Shown here one piece after another: positions 26,731 to 36,539 of a stretch of 46,953 nucleotides of DNA. Position 1 is the stretch's first letter; each line of letters starts with the position of its first letter. The notes under the pieces are model-generated. The model was given only the letters and a program-made list of their open reading frames with translations, was not told where the DNA came from and searched no databases. Origin of the DNA: a virus (Duplodnaviria > Caudoviricetes); IMG/VR virus record IMGVR_UViG_3300004093_000005, positions 1 through 46,953 of that record, one strand, 5' to 3'. The position numbers were made by a program, and so were the translations under genes.

Positions 26731-27132
26731 ATGGGCTCGCTCTTCGCGCGGCTCGATGCCGCCGCCGAGCGGGTGCAGCAGGGCGTCTACGGCGAGCGGT
26801 GGCGGCTCCTGCCGCTGCGGCGGGCCGGCGTCAACAGCCCTCCGGCGCCCGATCCGGACAGGGCCGAGCGTGAGGTGGTGGGCATCTATCGGGATGCGCC
26901 CACCACCGTCTCGGCTCCGGACGCATATGACCAGCGCACGGACAAGCGGCCAGGGGTGGTCACGGGCGACCCGATCGTCGAGATCGATCCGCGCAACCAG
27001 GCGGAGCCACCGCTCGACGTGCGTGAGGGCGACCTGCTCGTGCGGCTCGCCGACGGCGTCACCTGGCGCATCGCCAATGCGCCGCCCGACGGCATGGGCC
27101 GCCTGCAGTGCCGGGTTCTGAAAACCGTCTGA
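26731..27132 (+). CDS. Head-tail joining/closure protein
   Basis: Position; C-terminal GD.LVRL.DG..WRI...PDGMG. Confidence 0.65.
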   Translation: MGSLFARLDAAAERVQQGVYGERWRLLPLRRAGVNSPPAPDPDRAEREVVGIYRDAPTTVSAPDAYDQRTDKRPGVVTGDPIVEIDPRNQAEPPLDVREGDLLVRLADGVTWRIANAPPDGMGRLQCRVLKTV

Positions 27133-27151
27133 TTCCCGGTGAGGCAGATCC

Positions 27152-27940
27152 ATGAGCCTGCATCGTCTTGCCCTGCGGCTTGCCGCCGTCGAGGCGCTTT
27201 GCCCTGCGGCGAGCGAGGAGGCGGGCCCCTATCCGACGCTGGCGGGCCGGCTCGTCTACGACAGCCGGCAGGTGCCCATCGACCAGCTCGTGCCGGACAA
27301 GCCGCGCCCGATCCTCCTCGTCTACACCGAGGAGGACAAGGGCACGCCGTGGGGTTCCGGCCGGCACCGGCCCGAAGAGACCATCGTCACGCTGGTGGTC
27401 GAGGCCCTCATCGCCGCGCGCGGAACGGTGGTCATCGACCTGCCGGACGGCGGCACCGACACGGTCGGCGTCGCCGACGTAGGACCGACGGATCCGGAGC
27501 ACGAGGCGCTCCTCGACGTGCTCGAAGCGCAGGTGCGCTACGCCCTTGACCGACGCTCCATGGCGCCGTCGGCGGAGCTCTATCGACGCATCGCCATGGA
27601 AGTACGGGCGATCGAATCGGTGCCGCTGCGCGATGCCGAGAAGACGACGCGGCTCGCCTTCCGGACCATCTCCTTCACCGTGCAGGTGCGGGCGACGGAA
27701 TGGCCGGCGCCCGGCGCAGAGCCGACGCTGCCCGAGCCGCTGCGCACGGTGGCGGAAGCTCTGCCGGAGGGCAGCTACGGTCGCGACATCTGCGACCGCG
27801 TCGCCGGCCTGGTGCCGGCTCCGCCCGACCTCGTGCCGCTCGAGGCCATCGACATCTTCGCCGGCATCGGCCGCATGCCGACCGCCGAGGACTATGACGT
27901 CCGCGCCCAAGTAGCCGGCCAATCGCCCGGTGCAACCTGA
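27152..27940 (+). CDS. Putative neck/tail terminator protein
   Basis: PTLAGRLVYDSR...ILLVYTEED; lies between head and sheath. Confidence 0.6.
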   Translation: MSLHRLALRLAAVEALCPAASEEAGPYPTLAGRLVYDSRQVPIDQLVPDKPRPILLVYTEEDKGTPWGSGRHRPEETIVTLVVEALIAARGTVVIDLPDGGTDTVGVADVGPTDPEHEALLDVLEAQVRYALDRRSMAPSAELYRRIAMEVRAIESVPLRDAEKTTRLAFRTISFTVQVRATEWPAPGAEPTLPEPLRTVAEALPEGSYGRDICDRVAGLVPAPPDLVPLEAIDIFAGIGRMPTAEDYDVRAQVAGQSPGAT

Positions 27941-27949
27941 GGAACACCC

Positions 27950-28177
27950 ATGGCCCGCCGCATATTCGCGCGTCTCGCCGATCCGGCGAGCAAGCTTCCC
28001 ATGCCCGACCGCGACTTCCGCCTCTTCCCGGCGGCGGGAATGACGGTCGATGCCGACGATCCCTTCTGGATGGCCTGCCTCGCCGACGGCTCGGTGGTCG
28101 AGGCGAGCCCGCCGGAGAAGGGCGCCGAGAAGGTGCCCGCCAGCCCCAACGCCTCCACTGCAAAGACCAAGCGCTGA
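27950..28177 (+). CDS. DUF2635-like protein (Mu gp38-like)
   Basis: P..G..V...PFW...LADGSVV; immediately before the sheath. Confidence 0.7.
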   Translation: MARRIFARLADPASKLPMPDRDFRLFPAAGMTVDADDPFWMACLADGSVVEASPPEKGAEKVPASPNASTAKTKR

Positions 28178-28186
28178 GGAACTGCC

Positions 28187-29695
28187 ATGAGCATCGGATT
28201 CAACAATATCCCCGGCTCGGGGCTCGTCGCGCCGCTCTTCGCCTTCGAAGTCAACAGCGCGGGCTGGCACGACAGTGTCTCGCGTCTCATCCTCGTCGGC
28301 CACAAGACGAGCGCGGGGTCTCTCGCCGACAATACGCCGTCGGTTGTCACGTCGCTGTCGGAAGCCGACGCCCTCGCCGGGCCCGGCTCCATGCTGCGCG
28401 AGATGTATCGCATCTCCGCCCGCAACGCCCCGGCGCAGGAAATCTGGATGGTGCCGGTGCCGGAGACAGGAACGGCGCCGACCTGGACGCTGACGGTGGG
28501 CACGCCGCCGACGGCGGGCGGCCTCGGCGTTATCGACATCAGCGGCGAGCGCCTGTCGGTGACAATCGCGCCGGGAGATGCGGCAGCGGATGTGGCGACG
28601 GCCCTCGCGGCGGCGATCAACGGCTATTTCGACGATCTCACAGGCGCCATGCTGACGGTGACCGCGGCCGCGGCGGCCGAGGTCGTCACCGTGACCTCGC
28701 GCCACAAGGGCGCGATCATGGCCGAGGAAGACTTCTTCGTGCCGACGAACATCTCGGGCAACTGGTTCGCCACGTCCGGGGCGCTCACTGTCGCGACCGG
28801 CACGGCCGGCGCCGGCACGCCGTCTCTCGCCGCCGCTCTCGCCGCCCTCGGCGATGACCCGGCGGACATGATCGTCTCGCCGTGGGCCGACACCACCTCG
28901 CTCGACGCTTACCAGACTGCGCTGTCCGATGTTTCGGGCCGGTGGTCGTGGATGCGGCAGAGCTATGGTCATGCGACCTGCTGCAACACCGGCAACACGG
29001 CGGCGCAAACGACGCTCGGGCTCGGCCGCAATGACCGGCACGCGACCACGATCCCGCGCCTGCCGGGCACGCCCCACGCGCCGTGGCTCTGGGCGGCCGG
29101 CTTTGCCGCCCGCGTGATTCCGTGGCTGTCGGACACGGTCACCGGCAATGTCTCGCGGAACCAGACGGGGCTTGTCGTCGAAGGCCTTGCTCCGCCGCGC
29201 GACCGCAGCACCTGGTGGGGCTACTCTGCCCGCAACACGCTGAACAAGTCCGGCATTTCCAGTTGGAAGGTCACGGCCGACGGCAAGGTTGCGATCGACA
29301 AGCTGGTGACGATGTATCGCCTCGGGCCGAGCGGGCAGCCGGATTCGACCTTCCGCGACATCCAGGCGCTGTTCCAGGTGTCGGGCGGCCTGTCCTACAT
29401 CCGCACCGTGCTTGCCGATGAGCAGGGGCAGAAGGCGCTCGCCGACGACAACCCCGGCAACCTCGCGGCGATCACGACGCCGAAGGACATCAAGGGCTCG
29501 TTCATCCACGCCTACGAGGCGCTGGTGCTGCGCGGCGTCTTCGAGAACGTGCCGGAGTTCGTGCAGCGCCTCGACGTGCGGCGGAATGCGCAGAACCCCA
29601 ACCGGATCGACGTGTTCGCCCCGCTCGACCGGGTGAACCCGCTCGACGTCCTCGCGGCCAACGCGACGATCTATCAGCAGTACGTCCGCACCTGA
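28187..29695 (+). CDS. Tail sheath protein (Mu gpL-like)
   Basis: IGFNNIP, GPGSML..M, RWSW.RQSYGH, RNTL...GIS, NPNRIDV. Confidence 0.93.
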   Translation: MSIGFNNIPGSGLVAPLFAFEVNSAGWHDSVSRLILVGHKTSAGSLADNTPSVVTSLSEADALAGPGSMLREMYRISARNAPAQEIWMVPVPETGTAPTWTLTVGTPPTAGGLGVIDISGERLSVTIAPGDAAADVATALAAAINGYFDDLTGAMLTVTAAAAAEVVTVTSRHKGAIMAEEDFFVPTNISGNWFATSGALTVATGTAGAGTPSLAAALAALGDDPADMIVSPWADTTSLDAYQTALSDVSGRWSWMRQSYGHATCCNTGNTAAQTTLGLGRNDRHATTIPRLPGTPHAPWLWAAGFAARVIPWLSDTVTGNVSRNQTGLVVEGLAPPRDRSTWWGYSARNTLNKSGISSWKVTADGKVAIDKLVTMYRLGPSGQPDSTFRDIQALFQVSGGLSYIRTVLADEQGQKALADDNPGNLAAITTPKDIKGSFIHAYEALVLRGVFENVPEFVQRLDVRRNAQNPNRIDVFAPLDRVNPLDVLAANATIYQQYVRT

Positions 29696-29766
29696 CCAGG
29701 CGCTGACGGGCCGGCCCTGCGGGGCCGGCCACACCCTTCCACAATCCGCAACGGGAGACCGGCGCC

Positions 29767-30135
29767 ATGGCCAGCTTCGGCGGCGAAATGCGTTTCACCT
29801 TCAACGGCGCGCCCCTCATCCTGCGCGCCGCCATCAAGACGACGCCCTCGAACACCGAAGTCGAGGGCATCGTCAACCAGGACAACAGCGTGTCAGCCTC
29901 GCACAAGCCGTCCGGCTACGGCTTCGAGCCGACCTTCGAGGATGCGGCGGACGTGGACTGGGACGCCATCATGCGCAATGGCCCCTTCAACGTCTCGTGC
30001 ATCGAAGACCACACGGGCACGGTGCACACCTGGACCGGCGCCCTCTTCACCGGCCGGCCGAACGTCGACCGGGGCACCGGCGAGGTGACGGGAATCCAGG
30101 GCCTCGCCCGCAGCTATCGAAAGTCGCGGGCCTGA
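29767..30135 (+). CDS. Tail tube protein
   Basis: 122 aa directly after the sheath; Mu gpM-like size and position. Confidence 0.75.
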   Translation: MASFGGEMRFTFNGAPLILRAAIKTTPSNTEVEGIVNQDNSVSASHKPSGYGFEPTFEDAADVDWDAIMRNGPFNVSCIEDHTGTVHTWTGALFTGRPNVDRGTGEVTGIQGLARSYRKSRA

Positions 30136-30138
30136 CCG

Positions 30139-30504
30139 ATGAGCAAGACGACCACCATCGCGCTAGCGGAACCCGTGCTTTGGCACGACCAGCAGGTGCA
30201 CGAGATCGCCCTGCGGGCGCCGACCTTCGCCGAGTTCATGGACCTCGGCGAGCCCTATGCCGAGGGCTACGCCAAAAGCGGCATCTACTTCCGGAACGTC
30301 GACTACCAGACCGTGCGCGAATATGCGCAGCGCCTCATGACCGACCAGGACAAGGTGCACGCGCTCGGGCTCCTCGGCCTCGCCGATGCGCGCAAGGTGA
30401 GGGATGCCGTCCTCGATTTTTTTCGCGAACCCGAGGCGTCGCCGCCGTCGCCGACAGCCTCGTCTTCGGGCTCGGCTGGGACGTCGGGACCGTCCAGCGC
30501 CTGA
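30139..30504 (+). CDS. Tail assembly chaperone; -1 frameshift extends the product to 30572
   Basis: EIALRAPT...DAR..RDAVLDFF; slippery T7 run at 30417-30423. Confidence 0.85.
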   Translation: MSKTTTIALAEPVLWHDQQVHEIALRAPTFAEFMDLGEPYAEGYAKSGIYFRNVDYQTVREYAQRLMTDQDKVHALGLLGLADARKVRDAVLDFFREPEASPPSPTASSSGSAGTSGPSSA

Positions 30505-30575
30505 CGCTCGACGAGATCTGCGCGTGGGGCTCCCGGGCCGTCGACTGGCACAAGCGCCGCAAGGGGAAGTGAACC

Positions 30576-32558
30576 ATGACGAGGGCCCGCAAGCTCGAGG
30601 CCGGCGCCATCATCACGGCGTCGGACCGCACCGGTGCCGCCTTTGCGTCCGTCTCGCGCAAGCTCGCCGGCCTCGACCGCTCGGCGAGGAGCGTCAGCCG
30701 CTCGATGACGATGCACGATCGTGCGGCCAGGACCATGACCGCAGGGATGATCGCTGCCGGTCGCGTGCTCGGCCCGGCCGCGCTCGCTTATGGCACGACC
30801 CGTGCCGTGCGTAGCTTTGCCGAGCTCGAGCGGAGGATGACCCGCGTCGGCATCACAGCGGACGCCTCGCGCGAGGACATGCAGCAGTTCACGGGCGAGG
30901 CCCGCCGCATGGCGGGCGAACTCGCGATGCCCATGGACCAGATCGTGGCCGGTGCCGACGCGCTCGCCGCACAAGGCCGGTCCATGCAGGAGATTCGCGC
31001 GATCCTGCCGTCCGTCGCGAAGACGGCGCAGGCGGCCGGTGCCGAGGTGGATGACATCGCCCGCTCGGCCGACGCTGTCGGCACCCACCTGCAGATCGGC
31101 GCGACCGAGATGCAGAAGGCCTTCGACATCATGGCCGAGGGCGGCAAGGCCGGGCAGTTCGAACTGAAGGACATGGCCCGCTACCTGCCGTCGCTCGCGC
31201 CGGCAGCGAAGGCCCTCGGGATGGAGGGGACGAAGGGACTGTCCGATCTCGTCGCCATGCTGCAGATCCTGCGCAAGGGCGCCGGCTCCGCTGAGGAGGC
31301 GGCGACCTCCATGAACAACATCCTCCAGAAGATGTCTTCGGAGGAGACGCGCAAGCGCTTTGCGAAGATGGGCGTGAACCTCGAGGCGGCGCTCAAGAAG
31401 GGACGCAAGGAGGGGCGCAACCTCATCGAGGTCTTCGAGGAAGCGACGTGGAAGGCGATCAAGGGCGACCTGTCGCAGTTGCCCAAGGTCATCAACGACA
31501 TGGAGTTCGCACGCGGCATGCGAGCGCTCCTGTCGATGCGCGGCGAGTGGCAGAAGCTCGCCAGCACCATCGGCCAGGCGAGCGGGACGGTCGAGCGCGA
31601 CCTCAACATGGTTCTGGGCGACACCCAGGCGAAGCTCCAGACGCTGTCCAACTCATGGGATCGGTTCGTCCATGCCGTCGGTTCCGGGGCCGTCAGCATG
31701 GGTGTGGGCAGCCTGCTGCAGGGCCTGGCTGAGAGCATTGAGGAACTCGGCAGCGGGCTGGAAAAGGTCGAGAACATCCTCGAAAAGCGCCGGCAGATCG
31801 CGGCGGCCGATGCCGACGCTTCGGGAGACGCACGCGGCACGAAGAAGTGGATCGAGGAAGAGACGCAGAAGGGCGCCGCCTTCGACGCCTGGATCCTCGC
31901 CAAGACGGGCATCGACTTCAGCCGCGGGCTCGCCGGCCTCGTCGAAGCCTACGAGCAGTCGCTCAGCGTCGATGCGGCACTGCGGGAAGGCCGGCGCAGT
32001 GCGGAGGGGCGGTCCGACAAGGCGCGCGAGGACATGCTCGATGAGCTGCTCTATGGCCGCTCATCGCTCGGCGACAAGCGGCTCGCCGCCTTCTCTTCCG
32101 CCATGGGGGAGGAGGAGAACCGCCGCATCTACGACCTGCAGCGCGAACTGGAGCGCTTGCAGGCAGTGTGGATGGCACAGCGTGGCATGAGCCTCGGCTT
32201 CTGGCAGCCCTTCGGTGCTTCGGCGCAAGGCAAGGGCTGGAAGGGAGCGAAAGCCATCGGCGCCGGGCCCGGCATGGATGGGCTTTCCGGTGCCAGCACG
32301 ATGGAGGGACCGGGCTTCGGCGCCTTCGGCGCGAAGATGGGCGTGCCCCTCATCGGCGATGGCGGGCCGATCAAGGCCGAGCTCGAAGGGCATGCGCGCG
32401 TCGTCAACGAAATCGAGCTTACGCTCAACACCGATCTCTTCCGGGCGCAGGTGCGGCAGGTCATCCGCGAGGAGGTCGGGCACATCCGCCTTTCGCCGCA
32501 GATGAGCCCGGTCGGGCCGGGCTCAACGGGCTTGTCGTCGCCGGATGCGGGCGGCTAA
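30576..32558 (+). CDS. Tail tape measure protein
   Basis: Ala-rich helical protein with GGKAGQFELKDMARYLP TP901-like core. Confidence 0.92.
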   Translation: MTRARKLEAGAIITASDRTGAAFASVSRKLAGLDRSARSVSRSMTMHDRAARTMTAGMIAAGRVLGPAALAYGTTRAVRSFAELERRMTRVGITADASREDMQQFTGEARRMAGELAMPMDQIVAGADALAAQGRSMQEIRAILPSVAKTAQAAGAEVDDIARSADAVGTHLQIGATEMQKAFDIMAEGGKAGQFELKDMARYLPSLAPAAKALGMEGTKGLSDLVAMLQILRKGAGSAEEAATSMNNILQKMSSEETRKRFAKMGVNLEAALKKGRKEGRNLIEVFEEATWKAIKGDLSQLPKVINDMEFARGMRALLSMRGEWQKLASTIGQASGTVERDLNMVLGDTQAKLQTLSNSWDRFVHAVGSGAVSMGVGSLLQGLAESIEELGSGLEKVENILEKRRQIAAADADASGDARGTKKWIEEETQKGAAFDAWILAKTGIDFSRGLAGLVEAYEQSLSVDAALREGRRSAEGRSDKAREDMLDELLYGRSSLGDKRLAAFSSAMGEEENRRIYDLQRELERLQAVWMAQRGMSLGFWQPFGASAQGKGWKGAKAIGAGPGMDGLSGASTMEGPGFGAFGAKMGVPLIGDGGPIKAELEGHARVVNEIELTLNTDLFRAQVRQVIREEVGHIRLSPQMSPVGPGSTGLSSPDAGG

Positions 32559-32878
32559 CCGCCATTTCCTGCGATTGTTCGTGTGGCATCGATCTGCTGT
32601 TTCGAAGTGTCGGCAAGTACATGGCCGAGATCTCGCAGCCGCTGAATAATTACGCCAAGGCCGATCATGATGTTGATCGCGGCGACTGCCGCCCAGCCTG
32701 CGGTAATCCTAGACCATTGAGCGCCGAGATACGCGGCTTCTGCCATAGAAAAGGTGCCGGCCTCGCGACCTCTGTAGCTCCAAACAGAGAAGCTTTCACC
32801 CGTAAGGAAAAAGATCGCTCCCGCGTTGAAAACGATCAGTAGGAAAAGTGGAAAAGTGCCGCGAAAGTTGAGCTTCAT
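32555..32878 (-). CDS. Two-TM membrane protein, antisense moron
   Basis: 107 aa, two hydrophobic helices, GGGG RBS, visibly lower GC, opposite strand to the tail operon. Confidence 0.7.
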   Translation of the reverse strand: MKLNFRGTFPLFLLIVFNAGAIFFLTGESFSVWSYRGREAGTFSMAEAAYLGAQWSRITAGWAAVAAINIMIGLGVIIQRLRDLGHVLADTSKQQIDATRTIAGNGG

Positions 32879-33178
32879 GGTCAATCCCCCGGTTGGAAAG
32901 GGGGAGATTAGACGAGGATGGCCGGTCGGCAAGCCACCCAGGGGACGCATCTGATGAAGCCATGACAAGGAACGTGAAGCTGTCCTCGGTCATGTCGATG
33001 GAGCGGACTTGAAATGCGGCCACCATCGTGCGGTCGCGCCCGCGCAATGCGGCCGAGCACGCGATAATGGCGGAGGTTCTGGCGTTCCGGATCGGGGATC
33101 ACGGCATCCCCGACGATTTCCTGCTGGCCTATTGCGAGACCTTCGGAAGCTCGCTCTGTCGTGAGGAGCAACTAAGCG

Positions 33179-34381
33179 ATGAGGGACTGGTCGCGCACGC
33201 TGTTCCACGCCTCGTTTCGTGGCGTGCCCTTCTGGGTCGAGGTCGACGAGGAGAGGGGCGGGCGGCGCATCGTCACGCATGAGTTTCCCATGCGCGACGA
33301 GCCGTTTCACGAGGACCTGGGCGAGAAGGCGGCCATTTTCTCGGTGACGGCCTATCTCGCCTCGGACGCGGCCGATGCGGAGGCAGCGGCGCTCGCAAGT
33401 GCCAGCCGCGCCCGCGGCCCGGCGGTCCTCGTCCTGCCCATGCATGGGCCACTGACGGCCCGCTGCGTCGACTTTCGCCGCTCGCGCGAGCGGGATCGGG
33501 CCGGCTATGTCGCCTACGAACTCGATTTCGTGCGCGAAGGGGCGACCGTTGCCATCGCGAGCGTCGCCTTTCTGGCGCAACAGGTCTTCAACGCGGTCGA
33601 CGCGCTCGCCGGCATCATCGGTGGCGCCTATGCGGAGCTGACGGACGTGCGCCGGCGGCCCGACTATGCGGTGGCGGCGGCGGTCGATGCGGCACAGGAC
33701 GCGGCGGCGACGCTCGAGGTGGTGCGCACGTCGCAGCCCGTCGACCCGGAGGTGAGCGCCGAGGCGCGCGATGCGATCGCGGCCCTGCACGACGAGGCGC
33801 CGACCCTCATCACCCGGGCGGCCGGCGCCGCGCCGGAGGTGGCCGAGCGGATCTTCGCCATCGCGCGGGACCTCGGCGACGGCCTGCCGGCCGATGCCGC
33901 CGTCGGCGCCTTTCGCGAGATCGGCGCGATTCGTCCCTTCGTGGAGCCGGCGCGCACGGACGGGGAGCGGGCCGCGGCCCAGAACCGCAGTATCACGGGC
34001 CTCGTGCTGCGCCTCGCCGCTCTGGCGGCCATGGTCGAGGCTACCACCCGCCGGCAGTTCGACGGGCGGCGGGATGCGATCACGGCCCGCGGGGAGCTTG
34101 CCGAGCTCATCGCGCGCGAGCAGGCGGGCATGACGGGCGCGGCCTATGCCGCGCTCTACCTCGCCAGCGAGGATATGAGCGGGCGCGCCGTCGACCTGCT
34201 GTCGCGCCAGATCGCGGACATTGCGCCCATCGTCACCGTCACGGTGCCGCGGGCGCTGCCGTCGCTGTGGCACGCCTGGCGGCTGTACGGCGACCCGAAC
34301 CGAGCCGACGACCTCGTGCGGCGCAACCGCGTCGTCCATCCATCCTTCATGCCCGAGCGTTTCGAGGCGCTCGGGAATTGA
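33179..34381 (+). CDS. DNA circularization protein (Mu gpN-like)
   Basis: ASFRGVPFWV...GGRR...HEFP.RD.PF.EDLG; C-terminal LYGD..RA..L..RN...HPSF. Confidence 0.9.
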   Translation: MRDWSRTLFHASFRGVPFWVEVDEERGGRRIVTHEFPMRDEPFHEDLGEKAAIFSVTAYLASDAADAEAAALASASRARGPAVLVLPMHGPLTARCVDFRRSRERDRAGYVAYELDFVREGATVAIASVAFLAQQVFNAVDALAGIIGGAYAELTDVRRRPDYAVAAAVDAAQDAAATLEVVRTSQPVDPEVSAEARDAIAALHDEAPTLITRAAGAAPEVAERIFAIARDLGDGLPADAAVGAFREIGAIRPFVEPARTDGERAAAQNRSITGLVLRLAALAAMVEATTRRQFDGRRDAITARGELAELIAREQAGMTGAAYAALYLASEDMSGRAVDLLSRQIADIAPIVTVTVPRALPSLWHAWRLYGDPNRADDLVRRNRVVHPSFMPERFEALGN

Positions 34382-34393
34382 GGCCAGCCGACC

Positions 34394-35458
34394 ATGGGAG
34401 AGGAGATCGTCACCGTCGTCGTCAACGGGCAACGCTTCACAGCCTTCCTGCGCATGCAGGTGCGCGCCTCCATGAAGGAGGCGGCGCGGTCGTTTCGCCT
34501 CGAGGTGGCGGCCGAACTGGGGGCCACGGCGACGGCCTGGACGTTCCGCGCCGGGGCGCGGGTGTCGATCTATGCCAACGAAGACCTGCTGCTCGTCGGC
34601 TTTGTCGACCGCTACCGTCCGCGCATCGACGCGGAGGATGCGCGCGTTGCCATCGAAGGCCGGTCCAAGTCGGCCGACATCATCGATTCCTCGGCGGAGC
34701 ACGACACGGGCAGCTTCGAGCAGAAGACGCCGGTGGAAATCGCGAACGAACTCGGGGCGCCCTTCGGCGTCACCTTCGCCGCCGACGGCGAGATGGAGCC
34801 GATCGACTACCAGATCACGCCGGGCGAATCCGTGTTCCGGGCCGTGGAGAAGATGGTCCGGCAGCAGGGCTACACCCTGATGGGCGAGGCCGACGGCAGC
34901 ATCCGCATGCCGAAGGCCGGCAGCAAGCGCCATGCCGGCGGCATCGTCGAGGGGCAGAACCTCAAGAGCGGCGAGGCCGACCACAACTGGTCCAACCGCC
35001 ACAGCAAGTATGTCGTGAAGGGGCAGCGCGCCGTCGGCAGCGGACCGGACAGCCTCGAGGTGGAGGCCATCGCCCGTGATGCCGGCGTCGGCCGCTATCG
35101 CCCGGTTATCATCGTGGAGCAGGACGACACCACGCCGGCCCGGGCCCGCAAGACGGCGCGGAACCGGCGCGACAAGGCGGCGGGTAGGGCCCTGTCGGCG
35201 ACCGTCACTGTTCAGGGTTTTCGCGATGAGCGAGGCGCCATCTGGCGGCCGGGCTGGCTTGTGTGGACCGAAAGCGAGTTCCTGCAGATCCGGCAGGAAA
35301 TGCTCATCGAGACCGTCGACTTCGTGCAGGACGGCGTAGGCGGCAGCGAGGCCAAGCTCGGTCTCGTCGACCCGCGCTCCTACGGAGGGAAGAAGAACAA
35401 GGGCAACAAGTCCGGCGACGCGTGGGAGCAGAGCGACGACGAGGCGACCGATGAGTGA
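34394..35458 (+). CDS. Baseplate hub protein (Mu gpP/gp44-like)
   Basis: GRSKSADIIDSS, PGESVF, D.GV.RYRP, G.IWRPG. Confidence 0.88.
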   Translation: MGEEIVTVVVNGQRFTAFLRMQVRASMKEAARSFRLEVAAELGATATAWTFRAGARVSIYANEDLLLVGFVDRYRPRIDAEDARVAIEGRSKSADIIDSSAEHDTGSFEQKTPVEIANELGAPFGVTFAADGEMEPIDYQITPGESVFRAVEKMVRQQGYTLMGEADGSIRMPKAGSKRHAGGIVEGQNLKSGEADHNWSNRHSKYVVKGQRAVGSGPDSLEVEAIARDAGVGRYRPVIIVEQDDTTPARARKTARNRRDKAAGRALSATVTVQGFRDERGAIWRPGWLVWTESEFLQIRQEMLIETVDFVQDGVGGSEAKLGLVDPRSYGGKKNKGNKSGDAWEQSDDEATDE

Positions 35459-35987
35459 CGTCTATCACCTCGACGACGCGGTGCGCGCCATGATCCGCCG
35501 GGCGAAGCTCGTCTCGCTCGACGACAGCGGCGGACAGCAGATGATGGGCCTCGCCGGGCTCAAGGGCGACAGCCCGCGGAAGGTGCCGCGGGTGCAGCCC
35601 TACGGCTTCACGTCGAACCCGCCGGCCGAATCCGTCGGCGTTCTCCTCTCGCTGGGCGGACGGTCCGACCGCGCGATGGTCATCGGCATGGAGCACGAGG
35701 CCTATCGGCCGCGCGGCCTGCCGGGTGGGGCGACGGCCATCTATGACCAGTTCGGCAGCATCGTCTCGCTGGTCGAGCAAGAGGTCCGCGTCGTGCACGC
35801 GCAGAAGGTGGTCGTGAGCGCGCCCGAGATCATCCTCGAGGCGGGCGGTTCGCAGATGACCATTTCCGCCGGCGGCACGGACATCCAGTCGCCGGCCCTG
35901 CGGCACAACGGCCGCAACATCGGCGAGACGCACGTCCACACCAACGTGCAGCCGGGCCTAGGCAACACCGGCCAACCTGCGGCCTGA
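35451..35987 (+). CDS. Baseplate spike (Mu gp45-like)
   Basis: QPYGFTSNPP, YRPRGL.GG.TAIYD, C-terminal HVH metal-binding motif. Confidence 0.9.
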   Translation: MSDVYHLDDAVRAMIRRAKLVSLDDSGGQQMMGLAGLKGDSPRKVPRVQPYGFTSNPPAESVGVLLSLGGRSDRAMVIGMEHEAYRPRGLPGGATAIYDQFGSIVSLVEQEVRVVHAQKVVVSAPEIILEAGGSQMTISAGGTDIQSPALRHNGRNIGETHVHTNVQPGLGNTGQPAA

Positions 35988-35999
35988 TCAGGAACGGTC

Positions 36000-36539
36000 A
36001 TGGACATCCTTATCCGCACTGCCGAAGGGCAGGAGGCGCAGCCTTTCCTGTTGTGGGACAGCGTCTGGGACGGCGCGACGCACCAGGCCGACTGGGCCTT
36101 GGCCGATGGCGACGACCTCAACGTCGGCGGCCTTCGTGCCCGCTCGGCCCTGGAGACGGCGGTGGTGCTGGCGCTCTTCACCGACCGGCGGGTGCGCGAT
36201 GACCATCCGCTGCGGAAATATGCCGACGCCGACCACCGCGGCTGGTGGGGCGACGGCGTCGACGTGCGCGCCGACCTCGGCGAGGAGCCGCTGGGCTCCC
36301 TGCTGTGGCTGCTGGAGCGGGCGGCGCTCACCGAGGATGTGCCGCGCTGGGCCAAGGCCATGGCCGAGGAGGCGCTCATGCCGTTGCTGCGCCAGGGGGC
36401 GGCCTCGCGCATCGACGTGGAGGCGAGCGCCCGGGCGCCGGACAACCGGCTCGACCTGATGGTGCGGCTCTACGGGGCTGACGGCCAGAAAATATACGAC
36501 CGGCGCTTCGAGATCGTCTGGAGCCAGATGCTGAGATGA
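36000..36539 (+). CDS. Baseplate protein (Mu gp46-like)
   Basis: LETAVVLALFTDRR, RGWWGD, GSLLWLL.R. Confidence 0.9.
   Translation: MDILIRTAEGQEAQPFLLWDSVWDGATHQADWALADGDDLNVGGLRARSALETAVVLALFTDRRVRDDHPLRKYADADHRGWWGDGVDVRADLGEEPLGSLLWLLERAALTEDVPRWAKAMAEEALMPLLRQGAASRIDVEASARAPDNRLDLMVRLYGADGQKIYDRRFEIVWSQMLR

Noticed and set aside
29708-29730. GC hairpin after the sheath gene as a terminator
   Set aside because: No U-tract; more likely an mRNA stability element
33028-33282. 84-aa plus-strand ORF before gpN
   Set aside because: No clear RBS, overlaps gpN by about 100 bp and has no motif; at most a remnant
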